A stretch of 64,000 nucleotides of DNA, taken from assembly GCA_903906695.1 (NCBI GenBank), contig CAIVLG010000260.1, positions 715 through 64,714 on the forward strand. Direction: 5' to 3'. The notes beneath the pieces were generated by a model. The model was not told where the DNA came from and searched no databases. It saw only the letters and a program-made list of their open reading frames with translations. Source of the stretch: an uncultured beta proteobacterium (GTDB taxonomy: Bacteria; Pseudomonadota; Gammaproteobacteria; Burkholderiales; Burkholderiaceae_C). Positions 21,570 through 33,194 of this stretch are shown one piece after another. Both the position numbers and the translations under genes were made by a program. Positions within the stretch are counted from its first letter, which is position 1, and every line of letters begins with the position of its first letter.

Positions 21570-23059
21570 GCCCCGTGCGAAGAATTGACCACTCTTCACG
21601 CCATGCATTGCAAAGTGTGCGGGCGACGCGGCATATCGAGCTCGCCGCCCAGTCAGGGCTACCACCCCACACCTTAATGCGTCGAGCGGGCATCGCCGTG
21701 TCCAGACTGGGATTAGCGATCGCACCGCACAGCAGACTGATATGGATTGCCTGCGGCCCTGGCAACAATGGCGGCGACGGACTTGAGGCTGCGCTGCATC
21801 TGCAACGCAGAGGCAAAACGGTCATCGTTACCTGGCTGGGTAGCATTGAAAGCGCGCCGTCGGACGCTGCCACAGCGTATCTGCGCGCGCTGGCGGCGGG
21901 AGTTTGCTTCGCCGATATCCCACCACTCGGCTTTGATTTGTGCATTGACGCCATGCTGGGCATAGGCACGCCGCGCGCCCCGGAGGGCCGCATGGCCGAG
22001 TGGATCAAATTGATGAACGCCGGTTCTGGCGTCGTACTTGCGGTGGATATGCCAACCGGCCTGCACGCTGATACCGGTGTTGCTGCGCAGCACCATGTAA
22101 AAGCTCACCACACATTGAGCTTGCTCACGCTCAAGCCAGGCTTGTTCACCGCCCACGGACGGGACCTTGCGGGGACCGTGTGGCTTGATGACTTGGAGAC
22201 ACATCAGTCTGCTTCTGAGCAAGACGTAGTTACTGCTCCAACAGCCTGGCTTGCTGGTGCACCAGTGGCGTCGGGGCGCCTACATGCCTCTCACAAGGGA
22301 AGTTACGGCGATGTGGTAGTGGTCGGCGGCGCGCATGGCATGACCGGCGCCGCTCTGTTGGCGGCTTCAGCGGCCCTGCACGCGGGTGCCGGACGTGTCT
22401 TTGTTAGCTTGCTTGACAGCAACGCGCTAAGCATTGATGTCCAGAGACCAGAACTGATGATCAGAGCCATCGAGACAATCGACCTCAAGGTCATGGCGGT
22501 GGTTTGCGGTTGCGGAGGCGGCGACGCCATCGGCCAACCTCTTGCAAATATTTTGTCCACTGCTGCGCACCTCGTTGTCGATGCAGATGCCATCAATCGA
22601 TTGGCCAGCGATTCAATACTTCAATCTCTATTGCATGCCAGAACCAGGCGACTGGCAGCAACCGTGCTGACACCACATCCTTTGGAAGCTGCCCGCTTGC
22701 TGGAATGTTCTGTCCTGAAGGTGCAAGGCGATCGCGTCAACGCTGCGCAACTCTTGGCTAGCCGCTTCAACTGCACGGTGGTTCTGAAAGGATCGGGCAC
22801 CATCATTGCAGCGCCGGATGAAATACCGGTCATCAATCCCACCGGCAACGCACAACTCGCGACGGCGGGCACTGGCGATGTACTGGCCGGCATGATAGGC
22901 GCTGGATTGGCGGTCAATCTACCACCATTCCAAGCGGCCTGCGAGGCCGTATTCCGGCATGGATTGCAAGCCGATCATTGGCCCTGCGGGGCGGCCGCGC
23001 TGACCGCCGCGGAGCTTTCGAAACTCCCGTTCAGAAATAGGGAAGTGATCGGTTCATGA
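21566..23059 (+). CDS. nnr: Bifunctional NAD(P)H-hydrate epimerase/dehydratase
   Basis: GPGNNGGDG, DAMLGIG, AVDMPTG, HKGSYG, VDADA, LTPHPLEAARL, ATAGTGDVLAG. Confidence 0.92.
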   Translation: MSPVRRIDHSSRHALQSVRATRHIELAAQSGLPPHTLMRRAGIAVSRLGLAIAPHSRLIWIACGPGNNGGDGLEAALHLQRRGKTVIVTWLGSIESAPSDAATAYLRALAAGVCFADIPPLGFDLCIDAMLGIGTPRAPEGRMAEWIKLMNAGSGVVLAVDMPTGLHADTGVAAQHHVKAHHTLSLLTLKPGLFTAHGRDLAGTVWLDDLETHQSASEQDVVTAPTAWLAGAPVASGRLHASHKGSYGDVVVVGGAHGMTGAALLAASAALHAGAGRVFVSLLDSNALSIDVQRPELMIRAIETIDLKVMAVVCGCGGGDAIGQPLANILSTAAHLVVDADAINRLASDSILQSLLHARTRRLAATVLTPHPLEAARLLECSVLKVQGDRVNAAQLLASRFNCTVVLKGSGTIIAAPDEIPVINPTGNAQLATAGTGDVLAGMIGAGLAVNLPPFQAACEAVFRHGLQADHWPCGAAALTAAELSKLPFRNREVIGS

Positions 23060-25300
23060 TCGCCGGCGGGATTTTCGCCCTTTATCTTTGGGCTTCTTGG
23101 CAGAATTAGCCGCGGATTCTTGCCGCGGAGCCGAAAGCCCAGGCATCCTCCTTGTAGCGCGCTTGCCGCTGCCAAAGGTCTCGTCCATCTCACCGGTGGC
23201 GACCTCCAGACGCTGACCCTCTTTGTCTTTCAATGCCCGCGACACCAGACCGTCCGCTGGTTGAGCCAGCAACAAGTCAATTCTTCGGCCGTCAAGATCG
23301 ACCCGGCTAACTATGACCTGCAATCGGGAGCCAATCGCATAGCGCATACCCGTACGCTCGCCACGGAGTTCCTGGCGCACCTCATCAAAGCGATAGTAAT
23401 CACCACCCAGTTCAGTGATATGGACCAGTCCTTCAACGAACATGGTATCCAGTGTGACGAAGATCCCGAAGCTGGTCACCGAACTGACCGTGCCAGCGTA
23501 TTCCTCGCCCAGATGTTCGCGCATGTGTTTGCACTTGAGCCAGGCCTCAACGTCCCGGCTGGCCTCGTCGGCACGGCGTTCGTTGGCGCTGCAGTGCAAC
23601 CCCGCAGCTTGCCAAGCCTGAATTTCAGGGCTCAACTTCTTTGGCTTCTGCGCTAAGGTGGCGACGTCGGTTTTCCGTCCTTTTTCCAGTCGGCGCGCCA
23701 GCCTTTCGTGAGCTTCACCCGGCGTTGGCAATTCAGGCAATTGATATTTTGTCTTGGTCAAAATGGCCTTGATAACGCGGTGCACCAACAGATCGGGGTA
23801 GCGACGAATCGGACTGGTGAAATGGGTATACGCATCAAATGCCAATCCAAAGTGACCGCCGTTCAGTGGCGTATAGATCGCTTGTTGCATTGAGCGCAAT
23901 AGCATCGAATGAATCTGTTGCGCGTCCAGCCGCTCCTTTGTAGCGCTGGCAACTGCTTGAAATTCGCTTGGCTTGGGCGAATCGCCAATCGTCAAACCAA
24001 TGCCAAGAGCTTTCAGATAGTTGCGAAGAATCTCCGTCTTCTCAGTGGTCGGACCTTCATGCACGCGATACAGGCCCGCATGCTTGCTTTGACCGATGAA
24101 ATCGGCACTGCATACGTTGGCCGCCAGCATCGCTTCTTCAATCAGTCTGTGCGCTTCGGTGCGTGTGCGCGGAACAATCTTCTCGATGCGACCGCTATCG
24201 TCGCAAACGATCTGTGTCTCGACTGTCTCAAAATCGACCGCGCCGCGGCGCAGCCGAGACTTGAGCAATGCCTGATAGACATCGTGCAGGTTGATCAAAT
24301 CTGCTACCCGATCCTTGTGCTTCATGGCGTCCAGACCACGGGTATTGGCCAAAATCGCGGCCACCTCGGTGTAGGTAAAGCGGGAATGACTCCACATCAC
24401 CCCCTGGTAAAACTGGTATGCCGAAACTTCGCCTTCAGCAGTCACCATCATGTCGCACACCATGCACAAGCGCTCGACTTCCGGATTGAGAGAACATAGA
24501 CCGTTTGACAATTTCTCCGGCAACATGGGAATCACGCGGCGCGGAAAGTAGACGCTGGTCGCACGGTCATAGGCATCAACATCAATCGCTGACCCGCTGT
24601 CCACATAGTGACTGACATCGGCGATCGCGACCACCAGACGCCAGCCCTTCACCGCTGACTTCCCAAGTCCGATTTTGGCCGGTTCACAATAGACCGCATC
24701 ATCGAAATCGCGTGCATCGTCACCGTCAATGGTCAGCAGCGGCACGTCGGTCAGATCGACCCTGTGTTTCTTGTCTTGCGGACGCACTTTGTCCGGCAAG
24801 GCGCGGGCCATCGCAATGCATGCCTGTGAAAACTCGTGTGGCACACCATATTTGCGCACTGCAATTTCAATCTCCATACCAGGATCGTCTACTTCGCCCA
24901 GAACCTCAGTGACACGCCCTACAGGTTGACCATACAAGGATGGCGCTTCAGTCAGTTCCACGACAACCACCTGGCCTGCCTTGCCAGAACCGGTTGCGGC
25001 TTTTGGAATCAATACATCCTGACCATAGCGCTTGTCCTCCGGGACCATGATCCAGATGCCGCTTTCCAGCAACAAGCGACCAATGATCGAATCGTTGGCG
25101 CGTTTGACGATTTCGAGCACCCGTCCTTCAGGGCGCCCTTTGCGATCACTGCGCACGATACGAACCCGTACACGATCCTTGTGCAGCACGGCGCGCATTT
25201 CGTTTGGTGGCAGATAGATATCGGGCTCACCGTCGTCTCGGGAAACAAAGCCGTGGCCGTCGCGATGGCCCAGAACGGTGCCTTCAATTTCATCCAGCAA
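23054..25300 (-). CDS. rnr: Ribonuclease R
   Basis: GHRDGHGFV cold-shock domain, TIDGDDARDFDDA, HFTSPIRRYPD, S1 domain and basic tail. Start uncertain; the track start at 25378 lies within the tRNA. Confidence 0.93.
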   Translation of the reverse strand: MLDEIEGTVLGHRDGHGFVSRDDGEPDIYLPPNEMRAVLHKDRVRVRIVRSDRKGRPEGRVLEIVKRANDSIIGRLLLESGIWIMVPEDKRYGQDVLIPKAATGSGKAGQVVVVELTEAPSLYGQPVGRVTEVLGEVDDPGMEIEIAVRKYGVPHEFSQACIAMARALPDKVRPQDKKHRVDLTDVPLLTIDGDDARDFDDAVYCEPAKIGLGKSAVKGWRLVVAIADVSHYVDSGSAIDVDAYDRATSVYFPRRVIPMLPEKLSNGLCSLNPEVERLCMVCDMMVTAEGEVSAYQFYQGVMWSHSRFTYTEVAAILANTRGLDAMKHKDRVADLINLHDVYQALLKSRLRRGAVDFETVETQIVCDDSGRIEKIVPRTRTEAHRLIEEAMLAANVCSADFIGQSKHAGLYRVHEGPTTEKTEILRNYLKALGIGLTIGDSPKPSEFQAVASATKERLDAQQIHSMLLRSMQQAIYTPLNGGHFGLAFDAYTHFTSPIRRYPDLLVHRVIKAILTKTKYQLPELPTPGEAHERLARRLEKGRKTDVATLAQKPKKLSPEIQAWQAAGLHCSANERRADEASRDVEAWLKCKHMREHLGEEYAGTVSSVTSFGIFVTLDTMFVEGLVHITELGGDYYRFDEVRQELRGERTGMRYAIGSRLQVIVSRVDLDGRRIDLLLAQPADGLVSRALKDKEGQRLEVATGEMDETFGSGKRATRRMPGLSAPRQESAANSAKKPKDKGRKSRRRS

Positions 25301-25350
25301 GCCGCTGGTTTTTTGGGTATTTTTGATACAATTGCTCTCTTTCCTGAAAT

Positions 25351-25435
<85 letters not shown>

Positions 25436-25489
25436 CAATATAAATGAAATCCGGCAATCCATGAAGAGAATTCCGGGCTGTTAGCTCAC

Positions 25490-25519
25490 AAAAAGTCGCT
25501 TGGAATCCAACGGCTTTTT
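25490..25519. terminator. Bidirectional intrinsic terminator between tRNA-Leu and rimO
   Basis: AAAAAGTCG-C-TTGG-AAT-CCAA-CGGCTTTTT: stem flanked by A and T tracts. Confidence 0.65.
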
Positions 25520-25547
25520 GCTTGGTTGGCATTTTTGACCGTACACA

Positions 25548-26942
25548 TCAAAAGGGTTGTGCAACTAGATCATGCCCTTGCGTCGCCACGATACGAGCTT
25601 TGGTGAACTCACCGACCTTTAAGGTCTTGCTGATCTTTTCGGGCGGCGACAATTTCACTACACCATCAATTTCCGGCGCGTCGGCGTAAGTTCGCCCGAG
25701 CCCCCCTTTTTTTCCCAAACCTGGTGCGGAATCGACCAGTACTTGCATGGTACTTCCGATTCGCCGCCGCAATTTTTTCACCGATACGCTCTCGGCGACC
25801 GCCATGAAGCGGGCACGCCGCTCCTCCCTGACTTCGAGGGCTAACATGCCGGCAAGATCATTGGCGGCAGCTCCCTGCACCGGGCTGTAGGCAAAGCAAC
25901 CTGCGCGGTCAATTTCGGCCTCACGGATAAAGTCCAATAGGTGGCAAAACTCTTCCTCCGTCTCTCCCGGAAATCCTGCGATAAAGGTACTGCGCACAAC
26001 AAGCTCGGGACAGACCTCTCGCCAACGCTGAATGCGATCGAGATTCTTCTCGCCGCTTGCAGGACGCTTCATGCGCCCAAGTACGTCGGGGTGACTGTGC
26101 TGCAAAGGTACGTCGAGATAGGGCAACACCTTGCCCCGCACCATAAGGTGTATCAACTCATCGACACTGGGATACGGGTAGACGTAGTGCAAACGAACCC
26201 AGGCACCGAAAGGCTCTGCCATATCGCCGAGCGACTGCACCAATTCCAGCAGACGGGTTCTGATCGGTTTGCCTTCAAAAAAACCCGTCCTGTATTTCAG
26301 ATCAACGCCATACGCTGATGTGTCCTGACTGATCACCAACAATTCCTTCACTCCGCCCTCAAACAATGCTTGTGCCTCCCGCAACACATCGCCAATCGAT
26401 CGTGAAACCAGATCGCCGCGCATTGAAGGGATGATGCAGAAAGTGCAGCGGTGATTGCAACCTTCGCTGATCTTCAGGTAGGCATAGTGTTTTGGTGTGA
26501 GTTTCAGTCCCGCGATGCCAAAAGAACCGGGTATCAGGTCGAGCAGGGGATCATGCGGCCTCGGCAAATACAGATGCACTGCGTCCATCACCTCCTGTGT
26601 CGCTTGTGGACCTGTCACCGCCAGCACACTGGGGTGTAGTTGCCGTACCAGGTTGCCACCATCCGGTGCGCTTTTCGCGCCCAGACATCCGGTGACAATC
26701 ACTTTGCCGTTCTCCGCCAACGCCTCACCAATGGTGTCCAGGCTCTCCTTGACCGCATCGTCAATAAAGCCACAGGTATTGACAATGACCAGATCGGCGC
26801 CCTGAAATGTCTTGCAGGTTTGGTAGCCCTCAGCGGCGAGCTGGGTCAGGATCAGTTCCGAATCGGTCAGAGCCTTCGCACAGCCAAGGCTGACAAAGCC
26901 AACTTTGGATGAATTCGTTTTGTGGTCGATCAACTCGCTCAT
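25548..26942 (-). CDS. rimO: Ribosomal protein S12 methylthiotransferase
   Basis: [28 protein letters not shown] radical-SAM motif, TRAM domain. Start 26942 preferred. Confidence 0.95.
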   Translation of the reverse strand: MSELIDHKTNSSKVGFVSLGCAKALTDSELILTQLAAEGYQTCKTFQGADLVIVNTCGFIDDAVKESLDTIGEALAENGKVIVTGCLGAKSAPDGGNLVRQLHPSVLAVTGPQATQEVMDAVHLYLPRPHDPLLDLIPGSFGIAGLKLTPKHYAYLKISEGCNHRCTFCIIPSMRGDLVSRSIGDVLREAQALFEGGVKELLVISQDTSAYGVDLKYRTGFFEGKPIRTRLLELVQSLGDMAEPFGAWVRLHYVYPYPSVDELIHLMVRGKVLPYLDVPLQHSHPDVLGRMKRPASGEKNLDRIQRWREVCPELVVRSTFIAGFPGETEEEFCHLLDFIREAEIDRAGCFAYSPVQGAAANDLAGMLALEVREERRARFMAVAESVSVKKLRRRIGSTMQVLVDSAPGLGKKGGLGRTYADAPEIDGVVKLSPPEKISKTLKVGEFTKARIVATQGHDLVAQPF

Positions 26943-26973
26943 ATCAGCCGTGGTACCTGCCTCTTCCTTTACA

Positions 26974-27507
26974 TCAAGGTTTGATCCCAAAAGCACTCAA
27001 CATCTGACCGGTTTGCTTTTGCATCTGCTCCTGCATTTTTGTCAATACGCTCGTCGACTGTTCAAGACTTCCGCCCATCATGCCTTGAAGTGCAGGGGAC
27101 TGCAAGCTCAGAAATTGCGTCCACATTTCCGGCGTAAATCCTTTGGTTTGTTCACTGAATCTGGCCTGTACTTCCATCAAAGCCTGTATGTTCTTCTCCA
27201 GGTATCCTCCCATAAACCCCTGCATTGCATTCCCATAAAAGCGAATCACGCTGGCCAACACCGGCGCCGTAAACATCGGAGAGCCATTCGATTCCGCCTC
27301 CAGAATAATTTGAAGCAAGATACTGCGGGTCAGATCTTCTCCGGTTTTTACGTCACGCACGACGAAAGGTTGACTGTCCATCACCAAGCGCTTGACCTCT
27401 GCCAGAGTGATGTAGCTCGATGTGTCAGTGTCATAGAGCCGACGATTGGGATATTTCTTGATGACACGCTGGGTGACTTTGGTTTCCACTGCTTGTTTGA
27501 TTTGCAT
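26974..27507 (-). CDS. phaR: Polyhydroxyalkanoate synthesis repressor
   Basis: [38 protein letters not shown]. Confidence 0.95.
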   Translation of the reverse strand: MQIKQAVETKVTQRVIKKYPNRRLYDTDTSSYITLAEVKRLVMDSQPFVVRDVKTGEDLTRSILLQIILEAESNGSPMFTAPVLASVIRFYGNAMQGFMGGYLEKNIQALMEVQARFSEQTKGFTPEMWTQFLSLQSPALQGMMGGSLEQSTSVLTKMQEQMQKQTGQMLSAFGIKP

Positions 27508-27537
27508 AGGTACTCCCGTGGCCTAGATCAGCGCACA

Positions 27538-27564
27538 AAAATGTATTGCGCTGCAACACATTTT
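27538..27564. promoter_or_regulatory. Palindromic operator upstream of phaR (candidate PhaR autoregulatory site)
   Basis: AAAATGT-A-TTGC-GCT-GCAA-C-ACATTTT: 27-bp dyad with one mismatched pair and a TGC-N3-GCA core. Confidence 0.55.
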
Positions 27565-27638
27565 AGGGAGCGCCCCGCCATGACGCCCCAAGGTTTACCC
27601 TGAGACCAAGTGACAAGCAGTGATAACAATGGATTTAA

Positions 27639-27715
27639 TGGTAGGCGCGATTGGACTCGAACCAACGACCCCCACCATGTCAAGGTGGTGCTCTAACCAG
27701 CTGAGCTACGCGCCT
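27639..27715 (-). tRNA. tRNA-Val (anticodon GAC)
   Basis: Reverse complement AGGCGCGTAGCTCAGCTGGTTAGAGCACCACCTTGACATGGTGGGGGTCGTTGGTTCGAGTCCAATCGCGCCTACCA. Confidence 0.96.
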
Positions 27716-27851
27716 AGGGACTGTTCGTGGCGGGAATTGTAGCAGCATGCCCCGCCACGTTGCGCCCGCTCAGCGAATCGGACGCGTGTGCAACCAACGA
27801 TCGGCGATAATCAACGCTTACGTAAACGTCAATCATTCATTGGAGTTGAGC

Positions 27852-28610
27852 ATGGAGATCGCGGGCAAAGTATTTATCGTGACCGGTGGTGCATCGGGTT
27901 TGGGCGAAGGCACCGCCCGCATGTTGGCTGCCAAAGGTGGCAAGGTGGTGATCGCAGACATGCAGAACGAAAAAGGGGAAGCTGTCGCCAGGGAAATTGG
28001 CGGAGTATTTCTGAAATGCGATGTAAGCCAGGAAGCAGAAGGTCAGGCGGTAGTGGCGAAAGCCGTTTCCCTCGGCAAATTGGTGGGCCTGGTCAACTGC
28101 GCAGGCATCGCGCCGGCGGAAAAGACAGTAGGCAAGAACGGGGCGCACAGTCTTGCTGTGTTTGGGAAATGCATTGTCGTTAATTTGATTGGCAGCTTCA
28201 ACATGATTCGCCTTGCCGCTGAGGCCATGTGCAAGAACGACGCCGAGATTACCGGTGAGCGCGGAGTCATGATTTCCACTGCATCGGTAGCAGCCTATGA
28301 TGGTCAGATCGGTCAAGCCGCCTACAGCGCGTCCAAAGGAGGTATTGTCGGCATGACGCTACCGATCGCGCGCGACCTCGCCCGCAATGGCATTCGCAAC
28401 ATGACCATCGCACCGGGCATTTTTGGCACCCCCATGATGTTCGGCATGCCCAAGGAAGTACAGGAATCGCTGGCCGCCAGCGTGCCCTTCCCTTCGCGTC
28501 TGGGAACGCCGCAGGACTACGCCAAATTGGCTCTGCATATTTTCGAAAATGACATGCTCAACGGCGAAGTGATTCGCTTGGATGGGGCCATTCGCCTGGC
28601 GCCACGTTAG
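27852..28610 (+). CDS. SDR, 3-hydroxyacyl-CoA dehydrogenase type II (HSD10-like)
   Basis: [31 protein letters not shown]. Confidence 0.9.
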   Translation: MEIAGKVFIVTGGASGLGEGTARMLAAKGGKVVIADMQNEKGEAVAREIGGVFLKCDVSQEAEGQAVVAKAVSLGKLVGLVNCAGIAPAEKTVGKNGAHSLAVFGKCIVVNLIGSFNMIRLAAEAMCKNDAEITGERGVMISTASVAAYDGQIGQAAYSASKGGIVGMTLPIARDLARNGIRNMTIAPGIFGTPMMFGMPKEVQESLAASVPFPSRLGTPQDYAKLALHIFENDMLNGEVIRLDGAIRLAPR

Positions 28611-28691
28611 CAGGGAAAGGGGCCAATGCCCCCGGTCGGAACAATGCGTTGACACTGGCGATGGATGCCACACTGAGCCACAATACTGGCC

Positions 28692-30527
28692 GTGAGTATT
28701 CCACAAACCTTTATTCAAGAACTGATCGCACGCGCCGACGTCGTGGAGGTCGTTGGGCGCTACGTGCAACTCAAAAAGGGTGGCACCAATTTCATGGGCT
28801 TGTGCCCCTTTCACGACGAAAAATCCCCGTCTTTCTCGGTCAGCCCAGTCAAGCAGTTTTACCATTGCTTCGGATGCGGAAAGAGCGGCGATGTCATCAG
28901 TTTCCTGACAGATCACACAGGCATGACCTTTGTCGAGGCGGTCAAAGACTTGTCTCATCAATATGGTTTGACGCTTCCGGAGGACGACGCCAGTCCGGAA
29001 GACCGGACCCGCGCGACTGAACAACGGGAAAGGCGGACCCACTTGAGCGCAGTGCTCGAAAGAGCGGCCGACGCCTATCGAAGAAAACTTAAAGATTCCG
29101 CCAAGGCTGTGGCCTATCTCAAAGGGCGCGGCCTGTCCGGCGAGATCGCCAGGCACTTCGGGCTGGGTTACGCACCTGAAGGTTGGCGCAGCCTGGCCAG
29201 CGTCTTCCCCAACTACGATGATCCGCTGCTGGTGGACAGCGGACTGGTCATTCTGAACACCGAAGACGATGGCGACGAAAAACGCTACGACCGGTTTCGC
29301 GACCGTGTGATGTTTCCGATCCGAAATGTCAAGGGTGAATGCATTGGACTTGGAGGTCGCGTGATCGGTGACGACAAGCCAAAATATCTCAATTCTCCTG
29401 AGACACCCGTGTTTAGCAAAGGCCGCGAGTTATACGGCCTGTTCGAAGCCAGAAACGCTTTGCGCGAACATGGCTACGCCTTGGTCACAGAAGGCTACAT
29501 GGATGTAGTCGCATTGGCCCAGCTTGGCTTCCCGAACGCAGTGGCAACACTCGGAACCGCCTGCACGGCCGAGCACGTCCAGAAACTATTTCGTTTTACG
29601 GATTCGGTGGTATTCAGTTTCGATGGCGACGCCGCAGGTCAACGCGCGGCACGCAAAGCGCTGGACAATGCGCTGCCGTTTGCCGAAGATGTTCGCAGCG
29701 TCAAATTCCTCTTCTTGCCAAGCGAGCACGATCCCGACAGCTTCATACGAGAATTTGGCAAGGAAGCATTTGCGCGCTGCGTCGCCGAGGCGATGCCCCT
29801 GAGCCGTTTCTTGATCGAGGTTGCGCGCGAGGGCTGCGAGCTCTCAAGCGCGGAGGGCCGCGCTCATTTGGCGAGTCGGGCCAGAGCCTTGTGGATGCCA
29901 TTGCCCGATGGTGCACTCAAGCGACAGTTGCTGACCGAAATTGCGGAACTGGTGCAATTGGCGAGCCGCGAATTGTTAGACCTGTGGACCGCCAATTCCT
30001 ATGCGGTCCCTGCCGAGAAATCAAGACGCGACCACTATCATCGGGAGAACTTCGCTGCGAGTGCGACTTCGATGGTTCGTCAACTTCCTGCCAGCCGCGC
30101 CGACCACGCAGTCAGGTTGTTGCTGGGTAATATGGCGGCACTGGAATGCCTATCCGCCGAAGACCACGGCGTGCTGTGCGAACTACCGGCGCCGCACGGC
30201 CCTCTTTTTGTCTGGCTGGAAAGCCAACTGAATGAGCATGGAACACAACCCTGGCTGGTCTTGCGGGAAAGCCTGCGTGGACGCGAATGGGAAGAACTTG
30301 CCGTGCGACTGATGAACGGGTATGGATTGGGCGTGACAGACCCAACTGATTCTTCGTTGAGCGAGTTACGCAACTTGCTCGACCGGATGCTGATTGAACG
30401 CCTGAAATTGCAGGAAACCAATACGATCCGCGAGGCCAAGGCGGATCCGGCTGCAATTTGGCGGTATCGCGAATTCCAGACAAGGCGACTGCAACTCGAA
30501 GCCCGACTCACCGCAAAGTTCGACTGA
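28692..30527 (+). CDS. dnaG: DNA primase
   Basis: CPFH...CFGC zinc finger, KYLNSPET, EGYMDV, FDGDAAG Toprim motif. Confidence 0.97.
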   Translation: MSIPQTFIQELIARADVVEVVGRYVQLKKGGTNFMGLCPFHDEKSPSFSVSPVKQFYHCFGCGKSGDVISFLTDHTGMTFVEAVKDLSHQYGLTLPEDDASPEDRTRATEQRERRTHLSAVLERAADAYRRKLKDSAKAVAYLKGRGLSGEIARHFGLGYAPEGWRSLASVFPNYDDPLLVDSGLVILNTEDDGDEKRYDRFRDRVMFPIRNVKGECIGLGGRVIGDDKPKYLNSPETPVFSKGRELYGLFEARNALREHGYALVTEGYMDVVALAQLGFPNAVATLGTACTAEHVQKLFRFTDSVVFSFDGDAAGQRAARKALDNALPFAEDVRSVKFLFLPSEHDPDSFIREFGKEAFARCVAEAMPLSRFLIEVAREGCELSSAEGRAHLASRARALWMPLPDGALKRQLLTEIAELVQLASRELLDLWTANSYAVPAEKSRRDHYHRENFAASATSMVRQLPASRADHAVRLLLGNMAALECLSAEDHGVLCELPAPHGPLFVWLESQLNEHGTQPWLVLRESLRGREWEELAVRLMNGYGLGVTDPTDSSLSELRNLLDRMLIERLKLQETNTIREAKADPAAIWRYREFQTRRLQLEARLTAKFD

Positions 30528-30549
30528 CGGAACTTGGTCATCGCAGCGA

Positions 30550-30558
30550 TGGTATAAT
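30550..30558 (+). promoter_or_regulatory. Extended -10 promoter (TGnTATAAT) upstream of rpoD
   Basis: TGGTATAAT at 30550-30558 in the dnaG-rpoD spacer. Confidence 0.55.
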
Positions 30559-30775
30559 CCGCACGCTCTCCAGGCAAGAGCGACAGCAGCACCTCCGGTC
30601 CGGCCAAACGATGACAAAGTTCACAACTGGCTAATTTTCGCAAGGACTGCATACCAAATGTTCGCCCCCTCGTCTTGCCGGCAGGAATTATTTCCACTGT
30701 CCGTCGAACTGCGCCTATCGGTTAAGACACTCGCTGAGTTCGTTCAATTTGTTTCTTGAAATTCAGAGGTTTATC

Positions 30776-33142
30776 ATGCCTGCACAAAAATCCAAAACGC
30801 CCGCACGATCCACTGCAAAAGCGGTTGCCGCAGGAGGTGTCAACAAGTCTGTGCATAGCAAGACAGCGACTAAATTCGCACCGCTAAACGTGATCCAGAA
30901 GCCGGCAACGCACTCAAGAGCAGCGCATTCCTCCAAGGCTTCCAAGGACGCTTTGGTCGCCGAATTAAGAAATGTGTCGACCCTTGTTGCCAGCAAGGAC
31001 CTGGTTGTGAAGAAGAAACCCGGACGTCCGCCCAAAGTGGCGTTGCTGCAAACCAATGCCGTACCGACAAGCGGAGCCAAGCGCGGCCGCAAGCCAAAGG
31101 TTGCGTTAGTCGCCCCCGGCATTGAAACTGCCGACATGGCTGAAATCGAAGCGGACCTTGTCGGTGAGCCAATCGCCAGCAGCGAAAAAGTAAAACCCCT
31201 GCGAATGAAGATCAGCAAGGCCAAGGAGCGGGCGCTGATGAAAGAGTTTGGTCTTGACGAAACCGTTCTATCAGAAGAAGACATCGCGAAACGCCGATTG
31301 CGCTTGAAAGCGCTGATCAAGCTGGGCAAGACACGCGGTTATCTGACGCACGGTGAAATTTCAGACCATTTGCCTGACAAGTTGGTAGACGCTGAAACGC
31401 TGGAAGTTGTGATCTCCATGCTCAACGACATGGGAGTGGCGGTCTATGAGCAGACTCCGGACGCTGAAACATTGCTTCTGAACAACAACGGCCCGACTGC
31501 CGCCACTGAAGAGGAAGCAGAAGAGGAAGCCGAGGCCGCTCTTTCCACCGTCGACAGCGAGTTCGGCCGCACGACCGATCCAGTACGCATGTATATGCGT
31601 GAAATGGGCACGGTCGAACTGTTGACGCGTGAAGGTGAAATTGAAATCGCCAAGCGCATTGAAGGCGGATTAATGGCCATGATGGAGGCTATTTCCGCCT
31701 CCCCTGCAACGATTGCCGAAATCCTGCGACTGGGCGAGGATATCCGCGAGGGCAAGATTGTCATTACCACCGTGGTTGACGGTTTTTCCAATCCCAATGA
31801 AGCCGACGACTATGTGGCTGAAGAAGATTTTGATGAGTTCGACGCAGCCGACGACGACGACGGCAAAGGCGGATCCAAAGCGCTGACCAAGAAACTCGAA
31901 GAACTCAAACGAGAGGCGCTTGGTCGTTTCGACAGACTGCGCGATCTGTTTGAAAAGATCCACAAGATTTATGACAGAGAAGGTTATGGCAGCCCGAACT
32001 ATGTCAAGACGCAAAGGCTGCTGAGCGAAGAGCTCATGTCCATTCGCTTTACTGCCAAGGCAATCGAGAAGCTTTGTGACATGGTGCGCGCTCAGGTGGA
32101 CGATATCCGCAAGAAGGAGCGCGAACTGCGGCGCATCATCGTTGACAAGTGCGGTTATCCGCAGGAGAGCTTCATTGCCAATTTCAGTGGTCGGGACAGG
32201 CACGGCAACCGGGTGGCAAGTCAGCTGTTGAACCTGAAGTGGATCGAGAAGCAGACCACGCTGGGCAAGCCGTGGAGCGCCATCATGGCGCGAAATATTC
32301 CGCCAGTGCAGGACCTGCAGCAAAAATTGACTGATCTGCAGGCGCGCGTGGTCGTACCTTTGGACCAACTGAAGGACATCAACAAGCGCATGAATGAGGG
32401 TGAATCTTCTTCCCGCGCCGCCAAGAAAGAGATGATCGAAGCCAATTTGCGGCTGGTCATCTCGATCGCCAAGAAGTACACCAATCGGGGCCTGCAGTTT
32501 CTGGATTTGATTCAGGAAGGAAATATTGGTTTGATGAAAGCGGTCGACAAGTTCGAGTACCGCCGTGGCTACAAATTTTCGACCTATGCCACATGGTGGA
32601 TTCGGCAGGCAATCACTCGATCCATCGCTGACCAGGCACGCACGATCCGTATTCCGGTGCACATGATCGAAACCATCAACAAGATGAACCGCATCAGCCG
32701 CCAGCACCTTCAGGAGTTTGGCTTTGAGCCCGATGCCAGCGTGTTGGCAGAACGCATGGAGATCCCGGAAGACAAGATCCGCAAGATCATGAAAATTGCA
32801 AAAGAACCGATCTCGATGGAAACACCAATCGGTGACGACGATGATTCACATTTGGGCGATTTCATAGAAGACAGTGCCAACACGGCGCCGATGGAGGCTG
32901 CCATGCAGGCGGGTCTGCGCGACGTCGTGAAAGACATTCTGGATAGTCTGACGCCGCGCGAAGCCAAAGTGCTGCGCATGCGATTCGGAATCGAGATGAC
33001 AAGCGATCACACCCTCGAAGAAGTGGGCAAGCAATTTGACGTGACACGTGAACGAATCCGTCAAATCGAAGCCAAGGCGCTACGCAAACTCAAACACCCG
33101 TCGCGCTCTGACAAGTTGCGCAGTTTTACAGACAACCTGTAG
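30776..33142 (+). CDS. rpoD: RNA polymerase primary sigma factor with long basic N-terminal extension
   Basis: [64 protein letters not shown]. Confidence 0.98.
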   Translation: MPAQKSKTPARSTAKAVAAGGVNKSVHSKTATKFAPLNVIQKPATHSRAAHSSKASKDALVAELRNVSTLVASKDLVVKKKPGRPPKVALLQTNAVPTSGAKRGRKPKVALVAPGIETADMAEIEADLVGEPIASSEKVKPLRMKISKAKERALMKEFGLDETVLSEEDIAKRRLRLKALIKLGKTRGYLTHGEISDHLPDKLVDAETLEVVISMLNDMGVAVYEQTPDAETLLLNNNGPTAATEEEAEEEAEAALSTVDSEFGRTTDPVRMYMREMGTVELLTREGEIEIAKRIEGGLMAMMEAISASPATIAEILRLGEDIREGKIVITTVVDGFSNPNEADDYVAEEDFDEFDAADDDDGKGGSKALTKKLEELKREALGRFDRLRDLFEKIHKIYDREGYGSPNYVKTQRLLSEELMSIRFTAKAIEKLCDMVRAQVDDIRKKERELRRIIVDKCGYPQESFIANFSGRDRHGNRVASQLLNLKWIEKQTTLGKPWSAIMARNIPPVQDLQQKLTDLQARVVVPLDQLKDINKRMNEGESSSRAAKKEMIEANLRLVISIAKKYTNRGLQFLDLIQEGNIGLMKAVDKFEYRRGYKFSTYATWWIRQAITRSIADQARTIRIPVHMIETINKMNRISRQHLQEFGFEPDASVLAERMEIPEDKIRKIMKIAKEPISMETPIGDDDDSHLGDFIEDSANTAPMEAAMQAGLRDVVKDILDSLTPREAKVLRMRFGIEMTSDHTLEEVGKQFDVTRERIRQIEAKALRKLKHPSRSDKLRSFTDNL

Positions 33143-33184
33143 CCATCCGCGTAGAGACTCTTCTCTTCGTTCTCTGCGCGATGG
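33143..33184. terminator. Hairpin between convergent rpoD and serine hydrolase
   Basis: CCAT-C-CGCG-TAGAGA pairs with TCTCTG-CGCG-ATGG; no clean U tract. Confidence 0.4.
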
Positions 33185-33194
33185 CGGTGACGCT

